From Patescibacteria group bacterium (GTDB lineage Bacteria > Patescibacteriota > Patescibacteriia > PEXW01), in assembly GCA_038063455.1 (NCBI GenBank), contig JBBTVB010000002.1, forward strand, positions 65,296 to 129,295: 64,000 bases of DNA, written 5' to 3'. Within the stretch, counting starts at the first letter, position 1. Each line of letters starts with the position of its first letter. Below are positions 58,912-64,000 of the stretch, piece by piece. The notes below the pieces were generated by a model that saw only the letters and a list, made by a program, of their open reading frames with translations, had not been told where the DNA came from and did no database searches. The position numbers and the translations under genes were made by a program.

Positions 58912-60367
58912 CGGTCCGTTGAGAAACCACGCCAGCGCGGGTCATGGTCACGACGTGGCAATCGCTATTTGGACGTTTGACGAGCCCGAGCATTACATCG
59001 GCACTCACCCAGGCATTATTTGGATCCGGATCCGAACCAGCACCAGGTGGATTAATAGCAATATTATCGGTGAGCATCACGCTCCGTCCGTCGGGTGGTA
59101 TAAAACGAATTGCGACTTGCAACGGATAGTTATTTGGGACAAGTGAATTGCCAGCGGTACTGACCGTTTTGCCACGCCATGGAGTACCACCGCCGGGATT
59201 ATCGCCTGATGTACATCGAAAAATTTTACCTGTTCCTGTAGCCCCAGGCACTGCATTTTGCGAAACCAGCTGCAAATCTTTTACCACAACTTTAGGGTCA
59301 AGTACGTACCGTTCTTGTGCTGTATCCCCTTTTTGGCCTTTGGACCCGCTCGGTGCGCCCCACAAGAATGTAAAGGCACTTACAATTCCATCTGACCCAA
59401 TTGCGGTGTCATCAAATGCGCCAAGTGCGGCCGTTTGCCGAGGCGGAAAGCACAATGTCGGCGCGCTTGCACTGGCGGATCCACAGGTGCGACGTTCTGC
59501 AAACAGTCCATACATTGACGCTCCATTTGTGAGAAATGGATATTCGGTTTCATCATATCCACCAGGCTTGGTATACCCTCCGGGGCATGCAAGCGAAATA
59601 ACAAAACCACCAGTCGGCGTTTCATTGCCAGTTGGGCATACCCCATTCAAGCCGGTCCCACCTGGGCAGCAATTTCTTGCAATATTATTGTTCGGATCAC
59701 AAGAGTATCTGCACGTACCGCCATTTGCACAGTCGCCATCAACTGAACATTGCCGATACGGATCATTGCTGCATACTAATGATGTTGTGGCATTAACGCA
59801 GCTATTTCCTGGGCCACATTCGGTTCCAAGTGGGCACGCTTTGAGTAGATCATTGCTGCAAACTCTGGGGCCATTCCCTGTACAACTTGTGCCCGTGAAA
59901 TGATAGCAATACCCAAACGTCTTGCCCGAATTTGCTTCTTCTTGCGCAAAGCGGATTCGCGACATGAGCAAACTTGTCTCTTTGTTGAGCGCGCTATCAT
60001 CACCGCCGCGGTAGTAATTTGCCAACACAAAGGCGAGTAGGCCAACCGAAATACCTACGGCAATGATAACCTCTATGAGTGTAAACCCAGCACCACCTTG
60101 CTTATTACTCTTCTTTGATGAAGACAACGTGAGTCGTTTTTTCAACTCACGTAAAGCATTGCCATTGTGTTTAAGATTATGCTCACGCATACGTGCTAAG
60201 GATTCCTCATGAAATGCCTCGTAATACTGCAATTGCCATGGTCTGTAACGTTTAGTTGAAAAACTTTTGCCGTCGTTGTGCTCTTTAACCCTACGCTTGA
60301 GGTCCTTAGTCGAGCCTATGTATGATTCATTACTACTAAGACTTCTTAAATAATACACGTAGTACAT
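58889..60367 (-). CDS. continuous ORF: GIY-YIG nuclease domain read through into a FimT/FimU-like, Cys-rich minor pilin
   Basis: from ATG 60367 there is no stop until 58889; GIY-YIG (YVY...YIG...R...E) then KQGGAG|FTLIEVIIAVG; the pilin part could also start at TTG 60127 (leader MSSSKKSNKQGGAG). Confidence 0.7.
   Translation of the reverse strand: MYYVYYLRSLSSNESYIGSTKDLKRRVKEHNDGKSFSTKRYRPWQLQYYEAFHEESLARMREHNLKHNGNALRELKKRLTLSSSKKSNKQGGAGFTLIEVIIAVGISVGLLAFVLANYYRGGDDSALNKETSLLMSRIRFAQEEANSGKTFGYCYHFTGTSCTGNGPRVCSNDLLKACPLGTECGPGNSCVNATTSLVCSNDPYRQCSVDGDCANGGTCRYSCDPNNNIARNCCPGGTGLNGVCPTGNETPTGGFVISLACPGGYTKPGGYDETEYPFLTNGASMYGLFAERRTCGSASASAPTLCFPPRQTAALGAFDDTAIGSDGIVSAFTFLWGAPSGSKGQKGDTAQERYVLDPKVVVKDLQLVSQNAVPGATGTGKIFRCTSGDNPGGGTPWRGKTVSTAGNSLVPNNYPLQVAIRFIPPDGRSVMLTDNIAINPPGAGSDPDPNNAWVSADVMLGLVKRPNSDCHVVTMTRAGVVSQRTDADCIFD
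60085..60101. repeat. inverted repeat arm ACCCAGCACCACCTTGC (encodes the prepilin leader end QGGAG|F on the minus strand)
   Basis: perfect reverse complement of 60368..60384. Confidence 0.95.
60131..60367 (-). other. GIY-YIG (COG2827/YhbQ-like URI) nuclease module
   Basis: MYYVYYLRSLSSNESYIGSTKDLKRRVKEHNDGKSFSTKRYRPWQLQYYEAFHEESLARMREHNLK matches the small stand-alone GIY-YIG family pattern. Confidence 0.85.
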
Positions 60368-60384
60368 GCAAGGTGGTGCTGGGT
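60368..60384. repeat. inverted repeat arm GCAAGGTGGTGCTGGGT
   Basis: perfect reverse complement of 60085..60101; lies between the pilD stop and the GIY-YIG ATG. Confidence 0.95.
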
Positions 60385-60395
60385 GAAGCCTTTTT

Positions 60396-61196
60396 TCATA
60401 GTCCAATAAGCTGTTTATACCAGTCTACCACGCTGGGCCCAAAAATGAACGCCAAAATGCCGGCTGCCCCAAGGAACACGCCAAATGGTAGCTGACTCTT
60501 GAGCTTGACCTTCCCGCGCACTAGCAAGGTTGCCGCCCATACGCTGCCGCTGAGATACGAGGCAAAAAGCGCCAAGATGACCCCCGGGAAACCCAGATAG
60601 GCACCCAGCACAGCGCCAATGCGGATATCCCCGCTCCCCACCCACTTGCCGCGGGAAAAAAACCACTGCAGCCAAAACCAGGCCGCGCCAATGGCTATAG
60701 CTAGCAGCAGGCTAAGCAGTTGCGAATTTGCGTTTGACGATGCGCCCGTAAAGATACGAATAAGTTGTAGTGCAGTCAGCACGCCCAGGGTCGGCAGGCT
60801 AATGCTATCTGGCACAATTTTGTGGCGGCCGTCGATGAAGGCCAGTACCAGCAGGCTGCACGCACCAATGGCACCAATAAAAAAGTCCATATCTAGCCCG
60901 TGCTGCAGGTACAAGAGTACAAAAATAGCAGCGGTAAGCGTCTCAACAATAATGTACTGCGGGCTCAACGGTTTATGGCAGTACCGGCAGCGTCCCCGAA
61001 AAAAAAGGTAGCTAAAAATCGGCACGAGATCTAAAGGTTGTAACACTTTTTTACAGTGCATGCAGCGGGAGCGCTGCTTGGGCCCTAAAAACTTGCGACC
61101 TTTGGGCAACCGAAAAATGACAACATTTAAAAAGCTGCCGATGATGGCGCCGAGCAAGAAGAGGAAAATTGCGATGAATGGGTTTAAAAAATTCAT
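60396..61196 (-). CDS. pilD: prepilin peptidase / N-methyltransferase (A24 family)
   Basis: N-terminal CxxC...CxxC (CMHCKK...CRYCHK), multiple TM helices, DGR and GSGD aspartate motifs. Confidence 0.9.
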   Translation of the reverse strand: MNFLNPFIAIFLFLLGAIIGSFLNVVIFRLPKGRKFLGPKQRSRCMHCKKVLQPLDLVPIFSYLFFRGRCRYCHKPLSPQYIIVETLTAAIFVLLYLQHGLDMDFFIGAIGACSLLVLAFIDGRHKIVPDSISLPTLGVLTALQLIRIFTGASSNANSQLLSLLLAIAIGAAWFWLQWFFSRGKWVGSGDIRIGAVLGAYLGFPGVILALFASYLSGSVWAATLLVRGKVKLKSQLPFGVFLGAAGILAFIFGPSVVDWYKQLIGL

Positions 61197-61224
61197 GTAC
61201 GTTTTCTGCTATACCCCACCTACG

Positions 61225-61310
61225 CCTCCCCTCCGAGAGGGGAGGATATTTATTCATTTCCCCTCCTCTCGGAGGAGGGGTGTCCACCGTAGCTTCCAGC
61301 GAAGGTGGAC
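61225..61310. repeat. three consecutive GC hairpins
   Basis: CCTCCCCTC-CGA-GAGGGGAGG, CCCCTCCTC-TCG-GAGGAGGGG, GTCCACC-N15-GGTGGAC in the spacer between a pilin-like gene and pilD. Confidence 0.85.
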
Positions 61311-61322
61311 GGGGTGGTTAAA

Positions 61323-61742
61323 CTACTTAATCCCCGCCGGGCTAAGCGTATGCTTCCCGGCAGCAAAGGTAGAAGTCCCGCGTTCCAAAGAAAAACTAAT
61401 TTCGTACGTGCTTGCATCTGGTACTTTAGTCACAACGTAATCGACCGTCTGCGGATCCCGCAGCGCAGCAATGCCTTTTACATCCTGGGCCAAATTGCAG
61501 GTGCGAACGGGAGCGTTTACGGTTGCACAGCCATTTTGCGCCGCCCCGGCATAGCTCGAGGTTCGATTAAAAAGCAGCAAAAACCCCACCTGCAGACGCG
61601 CCATATCGGCTACACGCTGGGCGTCCCGAGTTTTTGCCCGTTCTGTACCAATGGTGCGCAAGCCAACAAAAATAACCACTAAAAACGCTAGACTGACGAA
61701 CACGATGCTGACCATGGAAATGCCTTTACGTTGCATACGCAT
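61323..61742 (-). CDS. pilin-like protein lacking Phe1/Glu5 (139 aa)
   Basis: QRKG|ISMVSIVFVSLAFLVVIFVG then TERAKTRDAQRVADMARLQ, the pilin alpha-1 pattern; start at ATG 61742. Confidence 0.6.
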   Translation of the reverse strand: MRMQRKGISMVSIVFVSLAFLVVIFVGLRTIGTERAKTRDAQRVADMARLQVGFLLLFNRTSSYAGAAQNGCATVNAPVRTCNLAQDVKGIAALRDPQTVDYVVTKVPDASTYEISFSLERGTSTFAAGKHTLSPAGIK

Positions 61743-61758
61743 AGTATACACAAATGCT

Positions 61759-63339
61759 CTACTCTTGTTTATCAAGGAACTCTACCCGATCGCGCAATTT
61801 CTGCAGCTGTTGCAAAAAGACTGGGTTAGGCACATCACCCGCGGTCGGGTTGGCAGGATAGCGCGCCAAGCCTTCCAAGAGGACTGCCCGGGCCTCGGCA
61901 GTCTTCTTTTGCTTGGCATACACGTCCGAAAAAAGAAGATAAACTTCCAGAGAAAAATACGGGTCGCGGTCCAAGGTCTCTCGGTACAAACGCTCGGCAT
62001 CGGCATTGTGGCCTTGGGAAAAAGCGACTCGGGCGCCAATTTGACGGGCAAACGCGTCGTGCCGGTTCCAATCGTAGGCCAGACGTGCCTGCTTAGCAGC
62101 TTCATCCAGTTCTTTACTCTGATAATTATTTAGCCACAAGGATTCGGCATAGGCGCGGCGTTGCTCGGGGTCGGGGTCGAATCGCAAAGAAAACGCATAC
62201 AAACTTGCGGCTTTTTTTGTATCCCCAGAGAGCGCCATGCGTTCGGCCGCGGCAAACCGGTTGAGGCCCAGCCCCATAACAAGTGCTTGTGCAGCAATAA
62301 GGGTACTCAAACTTATACTTACTACGCGGAAATACCTGCGGGTGTCCCCACCGCGGATTTCTACAGTCGGCAAGGGTGCAGCGCACAGGCCCAGCAAAAC
62401 CCACCAACCAAACCAGACACCCGGGTATTGCCACACATTCGCTACCCAGCAGAGCGCTTGCGAAACGCCCACTGCAGCAAGCATGACAATTTTTGTACGA
62501 CGAGAACGTCCCCGCAGGGCCAGCAGTGTTGTGGCAAGGATGGCAATGAGCATGAGTGTGCCAAAAATACCAAAGCTACTCACTATATCTAACACTGTAC
62601 TCGGGGCACGGTCTGCTAGCACACTCGGGACCAGCGCGCTCACAAGATATTCATACGTGGCATTGTCAGCTCCCACTCCAAATCCTGCATTCGACGTGGC
62701 CATGCTGGCAAAAGCTTGGGTCAGTACCGCCGTCTGCTGCCAATCCTGCTGAATCCGGATATAAAAACTTGGCAATACAAAAGGGGCAATGCACACCACA
62801 ACCGCAAACAAAAGTATACAATTTTTCCAAAACGCTTGACGCTTTAGCAACATGAACCCCGCAACCAGAGATGGCACAGCCAACGCCGCTAAGGCCACTG
62901 GGTCTTTTGCCACGGCCGGCACCCAAGAAATGGGCAGACTCGTGTGCGTTGCAAGCATGGCCCACCCTACCCAAAGAACGCCAAGGAGAAGCATGCCAAC
63001 CTGCAACACTTGCCGATGATCTTGGGCCAGGGTGCGCACGGCCATAAAAACCACGAGGCCAATAGCCACCACCAGCCACCCCAGGCTGGCGGCGTACACA
63101 TTCCCGGCAAACAGCGTGCTTACGAGCGTACCTGCGAGAGCAAGCCAGGCCCAAAATTCTGGCTCACGCCAGGAGAAGGGCTTTTTTTGCAAGTAGTGCA
63201 AAGCCCAGGTTAACGGCAACACTAAAAAACCCACCACAACGTGTGGCCACTTGTTGGTAAAATCTGGCACGCCGCTTAACACGGCGGCACCGATGAGTAA
63301 AAACCCCACAATCGCCCAGTAACGAAGATACGTCATCAT
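61759..63339 (-). CDS. polytopic membrane protein with C-terminal TPR repeats, O-antigen ligase/pilin O-oligosaccharyltransferase-like
   Basis: about 11 TM helices followed by TPR-like repeats (GDTKKAASLYAFSLRFDP..., HNADAERLYRETLDRDP...); located between two pilin genes. Confidence 0.55.
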   Translation of the reverse strand: MMTYLRYWAIVGFLLIGAAVLSGVPDFTNKWPHVVVGFLVLPLTWALHYLQKKPFSWREPEFWAWLALAGTLVSTLFAGNVYAASLGWLVVAIGLVVFMAVRTLAQDHRQVLQVGMLLLGVLWVGWAMLATHTSLPISWVPAVAKDPVALAALAVPSLVAGFMLLKRQAFWKNCILLFAVVVCIAPFVLPSFYIRIQQDWQQTAVLTQAFASMATSNAGFGVGADNATYEYLVSALVPSVLADRAPSTVLDIVSSFGIFGTLMLIAILATTLLALRGRSRRTKIVMLAAVGVSQALCWVANVWQYPGVWFGWWVLLGLCAAPLPTVEIRGGDTRRYFRVVSISLSTLIAAQALVMGLGLNRFAAAERMALSGDTKKAASLYAFSLRFDPDPEQRRAYAESLWLNNYQSKELDEAAKQARLAYDWNRHDAFARQIGARVAFSQGHNADAERLYRETLDRDPYFSLEVYLLFSDVYAKQKKTAEARAVLLEGLARYPANPTAGDVPNPVFLQQLQKLRDRVEFLDKQE

Positions 63340-63343
63340 ACCC

Positions 63344-63904
63344 CTAGTTGCACGGTGTAACTAGGTTGGTTGGCTCTTCTTGGGCCGCGGTGGCCGTGGA
63401 TCGAAAAACCCACAAACCTTTCGACGTATCCGCGGGGCGTTCCAGCCCACTAATGAGCGCGTACGCGGTGGCCGAGGTTTGAGCAGTGTTGCCCTCTCCC
63501 ACGCACGACACATACCAATACTCTTGCTGTAAAACACCCGAACCTACAACCGGCGCGGGCGGTAAATGTGTGACAAAGTTTGACTGGCCAACAAGGGTGG
63601 TATACAAAACACAGGCCGGGCAACCATTAGCGTCTGCACGTTCGCCTGCTTGGGTGGCGCCTGTATTCCAAGTGAGCACGCCGGCAAGCGAAGAATCTGG
63701 GTAGGTGCTGTTTTTCGAATCGTAGTACAGCGCCAAGCCGGTAGATAGTTGTTTAATATCGCTCTTTCGGGTTATGTCCCGAGCTTTTTCCCGCGTACCG
63801 TTGAGCGCAATAAGGCCGATTGCCGAAAGAATACCAATAATGGCAATGACCACCAACAGCTCTACCAAGGTAAACCCCGACCGGGAACGAACGTATGAAG
63901 ACAT
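63344..63904 (-). CDS. type IV pilin (likely major subunit, 186 aa)
   Basis: RSG|FTLVELLVVIAIIGILSAIGLIALNGTREKARDITRKSDI canonical class III signal and alpha-1 helix. Confidence 0.88.
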   Translation of the reverse strand: MSSYVRSRSGFTLVELLVVIAIIGILSAIGLIALNGTREKARDITRKSDIKQLSTGLALYYDSKNSTYPDSSLAGVLTWNTGATQAGERADANGCPACVLYTTLVGQSNFVTHLPPAPVVGSGVLQQEYWYVSCVGEGNTAQTSATAYALISGLERPADTSKGLWVFRSTATAAQEEPTNLVTPCN

Positions 63905-63945
63905 AGAGAATAGCAGCTAACCCAAACGACGTGATAACTGCTTGC

Positions 63946-63954
63946 AGTATAGCA
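63946..63954 (-). promoter_or_regulatory. extended -10 promoter TGCTATACT upstream of the pilin gene
   Basis: the same 15-mer CTCTTTTGCTATACT as at 45097-45111, again directly after a terminator hairpin. Confidence 0.4.
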
Positions 63955-63978
63955 AAAGAGCGCCATTGGCGCTCTTTT
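63954..63978. terminator. bidirectional terminator
   Basis: AAAAGAGCGCC-att-GGCGCTCTTTT. Confidence 0.65.
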
Positions 63979-64000
63979 GCAGAAAACCAGAAAACACTAA

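Larger units (their letters stand above)
60085..60384 (-). mobile_element. candidate invertible/mobile cassette: 17-bp IR + 266-bp GIY-YIG segment + 17-bp IR
   Basis: perfect IRs; ATG abuts one IR; in-silico inversion gives ATG-CAA-GGT-GGT-GCT-GGG-TTT for the pilin and GGG-TGA for the nuclease. Confidence 0.45.

Overview
The window is a gene-dense, roughly 55% GC bacterial segment. It most resembles a CPR/Patescibacteria-type genome, inferred from a compact str-S10-spc ribosomal cluster with no L30 gene, archaeal-size AsnRS, a bacterial-type AspRS lacking the GAD insertion, and many pilin-like genes. These are inferences from sequence, not database hits.

Almost the whole minus strand from 26.6 to 41.7 kb is rpsL-rpsG-fusA-tuf-rpsJ-rplCDWB-rpsS-rplV-rpsC-rplP-rpmC-rpsQ-rplNXE-rpsN-rpsH-rplFR-rpsE-rplO-secY, followed by adk-map-ruvX.

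Other core genes:
- Glycolysis: gap, fba, tpiA.
- Chromosome maintenance: scpAB, dnaB, ybaB, recR, ligA.
- Translation: aspS, asnS, gatCA, rplU, rpmB.
- Other: a P-type cation ATPase and ndk.

The right end (54.7-63.9 kb) is a type IV pilus-like cluster: major pilin, an O-antigen-ligase-like/TPR membrane protein, a pilin-like gene, prepilin peptidase, then a FimU/FimT-PilV-PilW-PilX-like minor-pilin operon.

Most interesting signals:
1. A COG2827-type GIY-YIG ORF is bracketed by a perfect 17-bp inverted repeat and read-through-fused to the first minor pilin. Flipping the 266-bp segment in silico restores a clean ATG-QGGAG|F prepilin start and a stop codon for the nuclease.
2. The arms of that inverted repeat belong to a dispersed palindromic hairpin family (CCCNGCACCACCTT...) seen at five other places in the window.
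3. Each of the three tRNA loci (Glu, Lys, Pro) carries an intact tRNA next to a damaged or partial copy interrupted by GC-rich hairpins. This includes a complete tRNA-Pro nested inside a second, disrupted tRNA-Pro.
4. A structured 260-nt spacer with a terminator-like hairpin lies between rpsJ and rplC.
5. Several AT-rich single-gene ORFan islands are wedged into conserved gene order.

No CRISPR array, rRNA or recognisable IS/transposase was seen.
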